Assembly (NCBI GenBank): GCA_963725865.1
Contig: CAVSAC010000014.1
Coordinates: forward strand, 192,001 to 256,000
Length of the DNA: 64,000 nucleotides
Direction of reading: 5' to 3'
Source: Candidatus Eiseniibacteriota bacterium
GTDB lineage: Bacteria > Eisenbacteria > RBG-16-71-46
In this document: positions 34,491-44,997 of the stretch, in pieces
Layout of the letters: each line of letters begins with the position of its first letter
Position numbering within the stretch: position 1 is the stretch's first letter
Notes under the pieces: generated by a model
Told to the model about the DNA's origin: nothing
The model's database searches: none
Seen by the model: the letters and a program-made list of their open reading frames with translations, nothing else
Position numbers and translations under genes: made by a program

Positions 34491-35607
34491 GCTGGACTGG
34501 GCCTCCGGCAGGCGCGCCGCCGATTCGGTCGGGCGCCCGCAAGTGGATGGGGTGACTCGAGGATGCGACCGGAACGGCTCCGGTCGCGGGCCGGCTCGAG
34601 ACCGCGGGAATGCCCGCCGGCGGCCCGAGAATTCCGCGGCCGGCGGCCGGAACACCGACCGCCGGGAGCTCGACGAGCTGCTCGCCGGCCGCGTGACGGA
34701 TCGCGACCTGACGACCCGCCGCACCGCCCGGCGCGTACGTCTCGATCGCCGCCAGCGCGCGGGCGCGCGCATCGGCGTCGAGGGGCCCGCACCCGAGCAC
34801 CACCGGCCCCTTGAAGCCCGCGGGCTCCACCAGCCAGCGGCGCGCGTCCACCGATTCGCGCAGCGCGTCGTTCTCGGCGGCGTCGCGCCCCACGATCAAC
34901 GTCAGGTCGGCCCGCGCCTGCAGGTGCCGGCCGAGCGACAGGAGTCGCACGTCGAGCACGTCGAGTGCGGTCTCCGGCACGCGCGCGAACAGCGCGCGGA
35001 GGCGCTGCGCGTAGATCGGGTCGGTGAGCAGGCAGCCGCCGCCCGGTGAGCCGTGATGGCGCAGGCCGAGCCGAGCCGCGAGCGCGAGCTGCTCCGAGCG
35101 CGAGCGCCCGGTGAGCCCGAGCAGCCGCGCGCGGTCCACCCACCCGCGCTTCTCGGGCTCGGTCTCGGCGAGCACCTGCGCCGAGAGCGGGCGCACGATC
35201 CAGCCCGCGAGCCCTGCGCGCCGGTCGATCAGCGCGATCGCCTTCGCGGTCTGGGACATCGGGCGCTGGCCGAGCACCTCGCCGGTGAACAGGAACTGCG
35301 CGCCGAACTCCTCGAGATACGGCCGCCCGAGCTCGAACATGAAGATCCGGCAGTCCACGCAGGGGTTCATGTTGCGGCCGTAGCCGTACTGCGGCGACCG
35401 CAGCAGGCGCAGGTACTCACGCCCCTTGTCGCGCACCACGAGCCGGATGCCGAGCTCCGCAGCCAGCTCGCGCACGCCACTGCGGCAGGCGGTCGGCGAC
35501 TCCAGGTGCAGGCCGACGACCTCGATCCCCTGGTCGATCAGCAGTCGCGCGGCGAGTGCGCTGTCGAGACCGCCGGAGAGCAGGCCGACGGCGCGGATGC
35601 GGGGCAT
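34462..35607 (-). CDS. ThiI/MnmA-like PP-loop tRNA thiolation protein
   Basis: 'LLSGGLDS', 'NPCVDCR', 'TGEVLGQRPMSQ', 'PGGGCLLTD'. Confidence 0.82.
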   Translation of the reverse strand: MPRIRAVGLLSGGLDSALAARLLIDQGIEVVGLHLESPTACRSGVRELAAELGIRLVVRDKGREYLRLLRSPQYGYGRNMNPCVDCRIFMFELGRPYLEEFGAQFLFTGEVLGQRPMSQTAKAIALIDRRAGLAGWIVRPLSAQVLAETEPEKRGWVDRARLLGLTGRSRSEQLALAARLGLRHHGSPGGGCLLTDPIYAQRLRALFARVPETALDVLDVRLLSLGRHLQARADLTLIVGRDAAENDALRESVDARRWLVEPAGFKGPVVLGCGPLDADARARALAAIETYAPGGAAGRQVAIRHAAGEQLVELPAVGVPAAGRGILGPPAGIPAVSSRPATGAVPVASSSHPIHLRAPDRIGGAPAGGPVQHELRPRARR

Positions 35608-35765
35608 GGTGGGTAGGGTCCTCGTGCGGGTGGCAGGCGTGAGGTGGAGGCCCGAAGGGTGGCGAAGCGCCGAGCGGGCGTCAAGGCGCGAGCGGACGAG
35701 CCGCGGACGATCGACGCGGCCCGCGCGGCGCGGCGATCACCGGCGCCGCGGCCGCGCCGGGCGGC

Positions 35766-37763
35766 TCACGTCAGCCAGCGCCGCAGCCAGGCGTGGACCT
35801 CGGCGTACCAGCGCACCGAGTTGCGCGGCTTGAGCACCCAGTGGTTCTCGTCGGGGAACACCACCAGCCGCGCGGGCACTCCCTTGGCCCGCAGCACGCC
35901 GTAGCACTCGAGCCCCTGCGCCAGCGGAACGCGGAAGTCGCGCTCGCCGTGCAGAACCAGCATCGGAGTCGCGGCGCCGCGCGCGGCCCGCGCCGGATTG
36001 AACGCGTCGATGCGCTCGAGGCCCTCCCACGGCTCGCCGCCGAACGCGAGATCGCGGCCCTGGGTGACGTCGCTCGCGTACTGCGCGAGCGTGTCGTAGA
36101 CGCCCGCGTGGTTCACCGCGCACCGGAACCGGTCGGAGTGCGACGCGATCCAGCTGGCGAGGTAGCCGCCGTACGAGCCGCCCACCACCGCCATGCGGGC
36201 CGGGTCGACGAGCCCCGTATCGACCAGCGCGTCGGTCGCGCGCATCACGTCCTCGAACGGGCGCTCGCCCCAGCCGCCCAGGATGCGCCGGGCGAAGTCC
36301 TGCCCCCACGAGGTGGAGCCCTGGAAGTTGACCAGCGCCGCGACGTAGCCCGGCGCGGCGAACAGCTGGGCGTTCCAGCGCGGATGGAACGCGTCGGCGC
36401 TGACGCCGTGCGGCCCCCCGTGCATCACGTGCACGAGCGGCGGCGGCGGCGAGAGTGCGGCGGCGGGCGGTTGGAGCACGAACATCTGCACGCGCGCGCC
36501 GCCCGCGCCCGCGAACCACGCCTCGTGCACCTCGCCGGTCGCGAACGCCGCAGTGGCCTCGGCGGTGAAGTCCGTCAGGCGCCGCGGCGGCGCGCCGTCG
36601 TGCGCGGTGACGTACACCTCCGCGGGCGCCGCCAGCGTCTGGAGCGTGAACGCGATCCGGCCGTCGGGCAGCGGCACGAGCCCGCTCAGCGAGCCGCCGC
36701 GCACCGCGCACGCGGGCGTGCCCTCGCCCCGCCAGCGGAACAGGGAGACCCGCGCCGCGTCCTCGGCGAGCAGCGCGAGCGAGCCGTCGGGCAGCACCTC
36801 CCATGCGTCCGGCGAGCGGTCCCAGTCGCCGAGCCACGCGCGGTGGGTGTCGCGCTCGCGGTCGTAGCGCATCAGGCGCACGCGATCGGCGTAGAAGTGT
36901 GGATCCTCCTGCATGCCGTACACGATCGCCCGCCCGTCGGGCGTGTAGCGCGGCCGCAGGTCGTTTGCGGGGTGGTCCGGCGTCAGGCAGCGCAGCGGGC
37001 CGCCCGCGAGCGGTGCCGCGAACAACGCCGCGCGCAGCAGGCCGCCCGGCTCGAGCCGATAGCTCTCGAACACCACCTCGGTGCCGTCCGGCGCGATCGC
37101 GTAGCGGCCGCGCGGGTCGATCCAGTCGAACCACCCGCGCGAATCCGGCGTGAGGTCCCGCAGCGAGTCGCCGGCAGGATCGACCAGGAACAGGTGCGGC
37201 ACCTCGTCGCCGGTCAGCCACACGTCCCAGTAGCGGTACACGCGCGCCTCGGTCGCGTGCACCTTCACCGGGTCGCGCTCGCGGCGCTGGAGTTCCTCGC
37301 GCGTCGCCGTGGGTCCCGGTTGCCCGGCGAGCACCGGCGCCACGCATACGATTCCGGAGCCGTCCGGCAGCCAGGTCGGATCGAAGCAGCCCAGCGGCAG
37401 GTCGGTGAGCGCGCGCGCCTCGCCGCCGTCGAGTGGCATCGCGTGGAGCTGGCCCTTGCCGTCGACCTTGCGCACGAACGCCAGCGTGCGACCGTCGGGC
37501 GAGAGCGCGGGGTCCTGGCTGGCGTGCTCGGGCGCGGTCAGCGCGCGCCGCGGCGAGCCGTCGAGCGGCACCCACCACAGCTGGCCGCGGCCGTCGTTGC
37601 GCTCCAGGTCGTAGCGGGTGACCGGCACCACCAGCGCGCTGCCGTCAGGCGCGCACACCGGCGCCCCGACGCGCGGGATGGCCCACAGGTCCTCGGCCGT
37701 CATCGGCCGTGGTCCAGGGCGGGCGGCGTGCAGCAGCGTGCTCTCCAGCGGTGCGACAGGCAT
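35766..37763 (-). CDS. S9 family (prolyl oligopeptidase/acylaminoacyl) peptidase
   Basis: Beta-propeller; 'HGGP', 'GGSYGG', 'DFRVP', 'ENHW'. Confidence 0.92.
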   Translation of the reverse strand: MPVAPLESTLLHAARPGPRPMTAEDLWAIPRVGAPVCAPDGSALVVPVTRYDLERNDGRGQLWWVPLDGSPRRALTAPEHASQDPALSPDGRTLAFVRKVDGKGQLHAMPLDGGEARALTDLPLGCFDPTWLPDGSGIVCVAPVLAGQPGPTATREELQRRERDPVKVHATEARVYRYWDVWLTGDEVPHLFLVDPAGDSLRDLTPDSRGWFDWIDPRGRYAIAPDGTEVVFESYRLEPGGLLRAALFAAPLAGGPLRCLTPDHPANDLRPRYTPDGRAIVYGMQEDPHFYADRVRLMRYDRERDTHRAWLGDWDRSPDAWEVLPDGSLALLAEDAARVSLFRWRGEGTPACAVRGGSLSGLVPLPDGRIAFTLQTLAAPAEVYVTAHDGAPPRRLTDFTAEATAAFATGEVHEAWFAGAGGARVQMFVLQPPAAALSPPPPLVHVMHGGPHGVSADAFHPRWNAQLFAAPGYVAALVNFQGSTSWGQDFARRILGGWGERPFEDVMRATDALVDTGLVDPARMAVVGGSYGGYLASWIASHSDRFRCAVNHAGVYDTLAQYASDVTQGRDLAFGGEPWEGLERIDAFNPARAARGAATPMLVLHGERDFRVPLAQGLECYGVLRAKGVPARLVVFPDENHWVLKPRNSVRWYAEVHAWLRRWLT

Positions 37764-37979
37764 CGACTCCCTCCGGGAACGCGACGGGGGAAGCGGCAGC
37801 GTAGCAGCGCCGCCGACGATTGCGGTATCCTGCCCCGTTCGCAGACCCCAGTCACGGACGGGACGGCCGGACCGCGGCGCGCGCCTCCCCGCGCGCGACC
37901 GCGCCGCGCACGGCACGGCACGCCGCCCCGGGACCTCAACCGGAGAACCCCGCCGCCGGGTTCGAGCCACAGGACCCCG

Positions 37980-40697
37980 ATGAGCAGCGACACCACCGAT
38001 CTCGACCAGCAGTCATTCAGACTCAACCTCCTCTCCTTCAAGCAGCAGCTGCCGGACGCCGATCCGCAGGAGACGCAGGAGTGGATCGACGCCCTCGACG
38101 GCGTGCTGGCCACCCACGGGCGCGAGCGCGCCGACTTCCTGCTGCGGAAGGTGCTCAAGCGCGCGCGCCAGCTCCACGTCGGGCTGCCCGGCCTGGTGCA
38201 GTCCCGCTACATCAACACCATCTCGCCGGAGCAGGAGCCCCCGTTCCCCGGCGACGAGCAGATGGAGCTGCGCGTCCGCCGCATCATCCGCTGGAACGCG
38301 GCGGCGATGGTGGTGCGCGCGAACCACCTGTTCGCGGGACTCGGCGGCCACCTCGCGACCTACGCCTCGAGCGCGAGCCTCTACGAGGTGGGCTTCAACC
38401 ACTTCTTCCGCGGCAAGGACGACGGCCGCTCGGGCGACCAGATCTTCTTCCAGGGCCACGCGGCGCCCGGCTTCTACGCGCGCGCGTTCCTCGAGGGGCG
38501 GCTGAGCGAGGCGCAGCTCGACCACTTCCGCCGCGAGGTGGTGCCGGGCCAGGGGCTCTCGTCGTACCCGCACCCGCGCCTGATGCCGGACTTCTGGGAG
38601 TTCCCGACCGTGTCGATGGGCCTCGGTCCGATCGCCGCGATCTACCAGGCGCGCTTCAACCGCTACCTGCACGCGCGCCAGCTCGCCGACACGGCGGGCT
38701 CGCGGGTGTGGGCGTTCCTCGGCGACGGCGAGATGGACGAGGTCGAGGCGCAGGGGGCGCTCACGGTCGCCTCCCGCGAGGGGCTCGACAACCTGACGTT
38801 CGTCGTCAACTGCAACCTGCAGCGCCTCGACGGCCCGGTGCGGGGCAACGGCAAGATCATCCAGGAGCTGGAGTCGCTGTTCACCGGCGCGGGCTGGAAC
38901 GTGATCAAGGTGATCTGGTCGCGCGACTGGGACCCGTTGCTCGCGCAGGACGTGGACGGCGCGCTGGTCGAGGCGATGAACGAGACCGTCGACGGCGAGT
39001 GGCAGCGATACTCGATGGAGAGCGGCGCCTACATCCGCGAGCACTTCTTCGGGCGCGACCCGCGCCTGCTCGCGATGGTCGAGGGTCACACCGACGAGCA
39101 GCTGCGCAGCCTGCGGCGCGGCGGCCACGACTACCGCAAGGTGTACGCGGCGTACGCCACCGCGACCGCGCACGCGGGCCAGCCCACCGTGATCCTCGCG
39201 AAGACGGTGAAGGGCTGGACGCTGCCGCCGGCGGAGGCCAAGAACATCGCGCACCAGGTGAAGAAGATGAACACCGAGGAGCTGCGCAAGTTCCGCGACC
39301 GGCTCCAGCTGCCGATCTCGGACCGCAAGCTCGCGGACGCGCCGTTCTACCATCCCGGCCCCGACAGCGAGGAGGTGCGCTACCTGCTCGAGCGCCGGCG
39401 CGCGCTCGGCGGCTGCGTGCCGAAGCGCGTGGTGCGGGCGAAGCCGCTGCCGGCGCCGCAGGACAAGGTGTTCGCCGAGTTCGCGGCGGGCACCGGCGAG
39501 AAGCAACTGGTCTCGACCACGATGGCGTTCGCGAAGCTGCTGCGGAACCTGGTGCGCGATCCGAACTGGGGCCCGCGCGTGGTGCCGATCATCCCCGACG
39601 AGGCGCGCACGTTCGGCATGGAGGTGCTGTTCCGCGAGATCGGCATCTACGCGCCGTTCGGCCAGAAGTACGAGCCGGTGGACTCCAAGGTGGTGCTCTC
39701 GTACACCGAGAAGCGCGACGGCCAGCTGCTGGAGGAGGGCATCACCGAGGCGGGCTCGATGGCCTCGCTGCAGGCCGCGGGCACCTCGTACGCGACGCAC
39801 GGCGTCTCCACGGTGCCGTTCTACATCTTCTATTCGATGTTCCTGCAGCGCACGCTCGACCAGCTGTGGGCGTTCGGCGACATCCGCGGGCGCGGCTTCC
39901 TGCTCGGTGCCACCGCGGGGCGCACCACGCTCAACGGCGAGGGCCTGCAGCACGAGGACGGCCACACCCACCTGCTGGTCTCCGCGGTGCCGAACCTCCG
40001 CGCGTACGACCCGGCGTTCGCGTACGAGGTCGCGGCCATCATCCGCGACGGTCTCGACCGCATGTTCGCGAAGCAGGAGGAGGTCTTCTACTACCTCACG
40101 CTCTACAACCAGGACATCGCGATGCCCGCGATGCCCGAGGACGCGACCGAGGGGATCCTGCGCGGCCTCTACCTCTACCGCCCCGCCGCGGCCCCGAAGA
40201 AATCGCGCGCGCAGATCCTGGCGAGCGGCATCCTCGTGCAGGAGGCGCTGCGCGCGCAGGCACTGCTGGCCGAGCGTTTCGGCGTGGCGGCCGACGTGTG
40301 GAGCGCGACCTCGTGGCAGCAGCTGCGCAACGAGGCGCTCGCGGTGGAGCGCTGGAACCGGCTGCACCCGGCGCAGACGCCGCGCGTGCCGTACGTGACG
40401 CGGGTGCTGCAGAAGAGCGAGGGCCCGGTGATCGCGACCTCCGACTGGGTGAAGGCGGTGCCCGACATGATCGCCCGCTGGGTGCCGCGCAGCTACACCA
40501 CGCTCGGTACCGATGGCTTCGGACGCAGCGACACGCGCGAGGCGCTGCGGCGCCACTTCGAGATCGACGCCGAGCACGTGGCGGTCGCGGTGCTGGGCGC
40601 GCTGATGCGCGAGGGCAAGCTGGGCGCCGAAGTGGTCGAAAAGGCGATCCGCCAGCTGGGGCTGGCGGCGGACGGCATCGAGCCGCGCGAGGCGTAG
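37980..40697 (+). CDS. aceE: Pyruvate dehydrogenase E1, homodimeric type
   Basis: 'DPQETQEW', 'SSYPHP', 'GDGEMDE', 'NCNLQRLDGPV', 'GEGLQHEDG', 'LGTDGFGRSD'. Confidence 0.96.
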   Translation: MSSDTTDLDQQSFRLNLLSFKQQLPDADPQETQEWIDALDGVLATHGRERADFLLRKVLKRARQLHVGLPGLVQSRYINTISPEQEPPFPGDEQMELRVRRIIRWNAAAMVVRANHLFAGLGGHLATYASSASLYEVGFNHFFRGKDDGRSGDQIFFQGHAAPGFYARAFLEGRLSEAQLDHFRREVVPGQGLSSYPHPRLMPDFWEFPTVSMGLGPIAAIYQARFNRYLHARQLADTAGSRVWAFLGDGEMDEVEAQGALTVASREGLDNLTFVVNCNLQRLDGPVRGNGKIIQELESLFTGAGWNVIKVIWSRDWDPLLAQDVDGALVEAMNETVDGEWQRYSMESGAYIREHFFGRDPRLLAMVEGHTDEQLRSLRRGGHDYRKVYAAYATATAHAGQPTVILAKTVKGWTLPPAEAKNIAHQVKKMNTEELRKFRDRLQLPISDRKLADAPFYHPGPDSEEVRYLLERRRALGGCVPKRVVRAKPLPAPQDKVFAEFAAGTGEKQLVSTTMAFAKLLRNLVRDPNWGPRVVPIIPDEARTFGMEVLFREIGIYAPFGQKYEPVDSKVVLSYTEKRDGQLLEEGITEAGSMASLQAAGTSYATHGVSTVPFYIFYSMFLQRTLDQLWAFGDIRGRGFLLGATAGRTTLNGEGLQHEDGHTHLLVSAVPNLRAYDPAFAYEVAAIIRDGLDRMFAKQEEVFYYLTLYNQDIAMPAMPEDATEGILRGLYLYRPAAAPKKSRAQILASGILVQEALRAQALLAERFGVAADVWSATSWQQLRNEALAVERWNRLHPAQTPRVPYVTRVLQKSEGPVIATSDWVKAVPDMIARWVPRSYTTLGTDGFGRSDTREALRRHFEIDAEHVAVAVLGALMREGKLGAEVVEKAIRQLGLAADGIEPREA

Positions 40698-40745
40698 CCG
40701 GGCGGCGGAGACGCGCGCCGCCTCCGTCCGCCGTCCACTTTCCGC

Positions 40746-40878
40746 TTGTTCCGCCCCGGATGGCCGCCTAACTTCGGGCCATGGGTGTGGCCCCTCCCAC
40801 GGAGTGCGCAGGTCCTCCTCGCGCGCACGCTCACCTTCGACGCCCGGACTGGGGCACACGAAGCAGAAGGAGCACCCG
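40746..40878 (+). promoter_or_regulatory. Promoter + conserved 5' leader (copy A)
   Basis: TTGTTC-N17-TAACTT, then a leader similar to 50553-50688. Confidence 0.5.
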
Positions 40879-43149
40879 ATGCGATCGCTTCCACGCATCG
40901 CCTGCGTGGCCGCCGCGATCACCCTCGCGCTGATCGCTTCCGGCTGCGGCAGGAAGTACGGCTCGCCACTCGGTCTCGCCAACCAACCGCCTTCCGTCAC
41001 GCTCTCCGGCGCACCCGCCGGCTCGGTCGGCTCCGGCAGCTCGGCCTACGCGCTGCACTGGACCGGAGCCGATCCCGACGGACGGGTCGACCACTACCTG
41101 GTCAGCACCGACTCGCGGCAGCTCGCGGGCACCCAGGGCTGGACGCGCGCCGACGAGAACGGCCGGGTGCTGTCGCTGCTGCGCCTCGCGCCCGCGCGCG
41201 ACGAGGACGCTCGGCGCGCGGTGGCACCGACGTTCTTCGCGGTGCGCGCGGTGGACGACCGCGGCGCGGTCTCGGAGCCTGCGGTGCGCGCGTTCTTCGC
41301 CGACAACGTGGCGCCCGAGGTGCAGATCACGCAGCCGGCGCCGAACCCGCTCAACCCGGTACTCGTGCCGCCCACCATCCAGATCACCTGGCAGGGAATC
41401 GACCCGGACGGCCGGTTCGCGACCACGCCCGTGAAGTACAAGTACCTCCTGCTCGGACCGGGCAGCGTGTTCCCGATCGGTGTGGCCATCGCGAATCCGG
41501 ACTCGCTGCGGCGCTACTACGCGCCGGGGTTCGCGGGCTGGGATTCGGTGTCCGGCGACACGCTGGCGGTGACCTACACGAACCTGATCCCGAACGTGGA
41601 CTACCTGTTCGCGCTGGTGGGCTTCGACGAGCAGGGCGACTACTCGCCGGTGTTCTCGCTCTCCACCAACATGCTGCGCCTGCGGGTGGTCGACCCGACG
41701 GCGGGCGGGCCGCGGATGACGGTGTGGGGCGGCGGGCTGTTCCTGTCCTTCACCGCGGGCGGCGTGAACGACGCCGTGTTCGTCGCGAGCCTCTCGGCTC
41801 CGGAGCGGACGCCGGTCGAGGTGCACTGGTCGGGGGTGCCATCACCCGGGACCTCGATCGTCGGCTACCGCTGGGCGATCGACATCGCCGACGTCACGGA
41901 CGAGACCCCGCGCGCGAATCCCTCGGATGTCCGCCACTGGAGCACGTGGAGCCCGACCGTGACCGCGGCGACGGTGTCCGCGAAGCTCCCGGCACCGCCG
42001 GCCGCCGCACGGCGACTCACCGTCGAGGCGCTCTCGTCGGTCGGCTTCAAGAGCCGGGTGAGCGTGAACGTCGCGTTCGTGAACGCGGCCGGCGAGCGCC
42101 CGCTGCTGATCGTGAACGACACGCGGCTGCAGCCCGAGGGGAGCAGCGGCGGAGTCGTGACCCCGATCGGCAACTGGCCCAATTCCGCCGAGCTCGATTC
42201 GTTCCTGGTCGCCCGCGGTGGCGTGCAGGTGGTCGGCTATCCGGCCGGCTCGCTGAGCCTACCCGGACTCTTCACGGGCTACGATTTCGACGTGTTCCGT
42301 ACCCGCGACATCCACACGGTCGATCGCACCGTTTCGCTCGACCTGCTGATGCGCTACAAGAACGTGGTGTGGATCACGGACGCCAACGCCGCGCTCGCGA
42401 GCCCTCCCGGAGGGGCCTATTCGCTCCCGTACATGAGCTCTCCCGGACGGCAGAACACGCTGGTCGCCTACGCGAATGCGGGCGGGCGGCTGTGGTTCGC
42501 CGGCGGTGGCGCGGCGCTCGCCATGAGCAAGTTCCTGTTCAACTCGGCGATCAACGACGTCCAGACGTTCACGTATTCCTCGCTGATCGGCGAGCTGGTG
42601 CCGGGCCGGCCGATGTATGACGTCGCACACTGGCGGAGCGAGTTCTCGGACTACGTCGTCGCCGCGTCCTCGATCGTTCGCCTCGCACCGGCGGGCGAAG
42701 GGGCGCCGGACTACTCGGGGCTGCCGATCACGTTCTCGCATCGCGCGCCCGGCGCCGATCCGATCCCACCCCTGCGGACCGCGACGAACTTCTTCCCGGG
42801 CCAGATTCGCTCGACGTTCGAGTACCTCACCCGCCCGAATCCCATCGTCGAAGGACTGGGGACCACGCCCGGCCACGGGAGCGGGGGAAGCGTGCTCGAC
42901 ACGCTGTTCACGGTGCGCGGAGTCTATCCGCCAGGAGTGGACCTTCCGTTCGTCACGGTGTACCGGGGCTCCGAGAACGGGCAGGTGGTCTTCATGGGCG
43001 CCGACCTCTGGAGTTGGTCGAGGCCGCAGATGGTCCAACTGATCGACGTCGTGCTCGGGAACCTGTGGCACCTGCCGAAGACGGCAGCCCCGCCGGTCGC
43101 GGAGCGACACGAGGGCGCGGGCCGCGAGGAAGGCATCCTCCGCCGCTGA
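40879..43149 (+). CDS. Large uncharacterised lipoprotein, paralog A
   Basis: Lipobox IASGC; Ig/FN3-like segments; end-to-end similar to 50689-52935. Confidence 0.8.
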   Translation: MRSLPRIACVAAAITLALIASGCGRKYGSPLGLANQPPSVTLSGAPAGSVGSGSSAYALHWTGADPDGRVDHYLVSTDSRQLAGTQGWTRADENGRVLSLLRLAPARDEDARRAVAPTFFAVRAVDDRGAVSEPAVRAFFADNVAPEVQITQPAPNPLNPVLVPPTIQITWQGIDPDGRFATTPVKYKYLLLGPGSVFPIGVAIANPDSLRRYYAPGFAGWDSVSGDTLAVTYTNLIPNVDYLFALVGFDEQGDYSPVFSLSTNMLRLRVVDPTAGGPRMTVWGGGLFLSFTAGGVNDAVFVASLSAPERTPVEVHWSGVPSPGTSIVGYRWAIDIADVTDETPRANPSDVRHWSTWSPTVTAATVSAKLPAPPAAARRLTVEALSSVGFKSRVSVNVAFVNAAGERPLLIVNDTRLQPEGSSGGVVTPIGNWPNSAELDSFLVARGGVQVVGYPAGSLSLPGLFTGYDFDVFRTRDIHTVDRTVSLDLLMRYKNVVWITDANAALASPPGGAYSLPYMSSPGRQNTLVAYANAGGRLWFAGGGAALAMSKFLFNSAINDVQTFTYSSLIGELVPGRPMYDVAHWRSEFSDYVVAASSIVRLAPAGEGAPDYSGLPITFSHRAPGADPIPPLRTATNFFPGQIRSTFEYLTRPNPIVEGLGTTPGHGSGGSVLDTLFTVRGVYPPGVDLPFVTVYRGSENGQVVFMGADLWSWSRPQMVQLIDVVLGNLWHLPKTAAPPVAERHEGAGREEGILRR

Positions 43150-43166
43150 GCCGCATCGCATGGACG

Positions 43167-43202
43167 GCACGAAGGCCCGGGGTTCGCTCCGGGCCTTCGT
43201 GC
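43167..43202. terminator. Hairpin between convergent genes
   Basis: GCACGAAGGCCCGG / CCGGGCCTTCGTGC 14-bp perfect stem. Confidence 0.7.
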
Positions 43203-43208
43203 GCTCGC

Positions 43209-44204
43209 TCAGCCGCGCGGCGTCGCCATGCCGAGCAGCGCCATCTCGTGCGCCAGCGTCTCGCGCAGGCCGTCCTCGAGCGGCCGCGCGCGCCAGCCCA
43301 GCTCCTGCTCGGCCTTGGAGGCGTCACCGAGGTAGGTGCAGCCCGCCATCACGCGCAGGCTCTCCGAGGTCAGCAGCTCCGGCACGGGCGCGACGCGTTC
43401 GACCACCCCCATCACGGCCGACAGTGCGCGCACGAGCGCAGGCGGCGCGACGAAGCCGGGCACCTTCACGCGACTGATGCGCTCGGCGAGCTTCAGCGCG
43501 TCGAGCAGCGTCCACGCGGGCCCGGCGAGGTGATAGCACTCGCCGACGCGCCCCCGCTCCATCGCCAGCAGGTGGCCGGTCGCGATGTCGTCGACGTGCG
43601 CCCACGAGAACGCGGCCCCCGCCGGGATGGGCGGCAGCCCGCGCTGCAGGTACTGGATCAGCGTGGTACGCACGCGGCTGGTGTCGCCGGGGCCGTAGAC
43701 CAGCCCGGGCTGGACGATCACCAGCGGCAGCCCGGCCCGCATCATCGGCAGCGCCACCTGGTAGTGGGCCGCCCACTTGGTGCGGTCGTACTCGCTCTCG
43801 AACGGGCCCTCGAAGCGATACGCCTCGGTCACCCGCGCGCCGTGCGTGTCCCCGTGCACCGCGAGCGTGCTCGTGTACACGCCCTTCACCACGCCGGCGG
43901 CGCGCATCGCTTCGAGGACGTTGCGGGTGCCATCCACGTTGATGCGCTGGCCGGGGGTGCGGTCGCGCGCGCCGACCTTGTACCAGCCGGCGACGTGGAA
44001 CACGCCGTCGACTCCGCGCATCGGCGCGTCGAGGCTCGCGCGGTCGGTGATGTCGCCACCCACCACGTCGACCCCGAGCGCGCGCAGGTCCTCGGCGCGT
44101 GCCGGATCGCGCGCGATCGTGACCACCGCGTCCCCACGCTCGCGCAGTCGCCTCGCCACCCGACCACCCACGAAGCCGGTCGCGCCGGTGACGAGGAACC
44201 TCAC
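43209..44204 (-). CDS. NAD-dependent epimerase/dehydratase
   Basis: 'VTGATGFVG', 'FHVAG', YDRTK (YxxxK), 'VYGPGD'. Confidence 0.9.
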   Translation of the reverse strand: MRFLVTGATGFVGGRVARRLRERGDAVVTIARDPARAEDLRALGVDVVGGDITDRASLDAPMRGVDGVFHVAGWYKVGARDRTPGQRINVDGTRNVLEAMRAAGVVKGVYTSTLAVHGDTHGARVTEAYRFEGPFESEYDRTKWAAHYQVALPMMRAGLPLVIVQPGLVYGPGDTSRVRTTLIQYLQRGLPPIPAGAAFSWAHVDDIATGHLLAMERGRVGECYHLAGPAWTLLDALKLAERISRVKVPGFVAPPALVRALSAVMGVVERVAPVPELLTSESLRVMAGCTYLGDASKAEQELGWRARPLEDGLRETLAHEMALLGMATPRG

Positions 44205-44827
44205 CGCCGCGCCTCCGGAGTCGCGGCCGCGCCGCGGGCGAGCAGGCCTTCGAGCCGCTGCTTCACCGCCGGCCATTCGCGCTGGAGGATGCTGAAGTAC
44301 ATGGTGTCGCGCACCACGCCGCGCGTGCTGATCGCGTGCTGCCGCAGCGTGCCCTCTTCGACGCAGCCGATGCGGAGCATGGCGTTCCGCGAGCGCATGT
44401 TGAGCGCGTTGGTCTTGAGCTCCACGCGCAGGCAGTCCCACACCTCGAAGGCATGGCGCAGCATCAGGTACTTGGCCTCGGTGTTGACCGCGCTGCGCCG
44501 GTGAGCGCGCCCGATCCATGTCCAGCCGATCTCGACCCGCCGGTGGGCGCGCTCGATCGAGCCGAAGCGCGTCGAGCCGATCGCCCGCCCGCTCGCGCGC
44601 AGCACGTGGACGAACGGCAGCGAGCGCCCGTGCTCCTGCTCCGCCAGCGCGGTCGCGACGTAGCGCTCGAGGTCCGCGCGCGACTCGACGTCGGTCAGCA
44701 TCCAGCGCCAGATGTCGGGATCGAGGGCGTGCTCGAGCAGCTCGTCGACGTGCGCGAGGGTCAGCGGCTCCAGGCGGATGACGCGTCCTTCGAGTGTGAC
44801 GGGAGCGATCTGCATCGTCTCGGACAT
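44201..44827 (-). CDS. GNAT N-acetyltransferase (RimJ/RimL-like)
   Basis: 'IGSTRF', 'VEIGWTW', 'NTEAKYLMLRHAFE', 'EGTLR'. Confidence 0.9.
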   Translation of the reverse strand: MSETMQIAPVTLEGRVIRLEPLTLAHVDELLEHALDPDIWRWMLTDVESRADLERYVATALAEQEHGRSLPFVHVLRASGRAIGSTRFGSIERAHRRVEIGWTWIGRAHRRSAVNTEAKYLMLRHAFEVWDCLRVELKTNALNMRSRNAMLRIGCVEEGTLRQHAISTRGVVRDTMYFSILQREWPAVKQRLEGLLARGAAATPEARR

Positions 44828-44997
44828 GCGGGCTCCGTGCGGTCGGCCGGGTCGGAGCGGAGATGGTGCGATGGAAGGGACGCGGGGGGCAAGTGACCGG
44901 GCGCACTCGGCTCTGGACACGCCGCGGCGGTGGCGCGAGCATCCGGTTCGGAAGCGCCCTCGTCGGCCGCCCGTGCCCCTTCCTCTCGAGGTGACCC

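Noticed and set aside
34462..34660. Low-complexity C-terminal tail of the ThiI-like gene overlapping the next gene
   Set aside because: Could be a lost stop or an indel error; not resolvable from the sequence alone.
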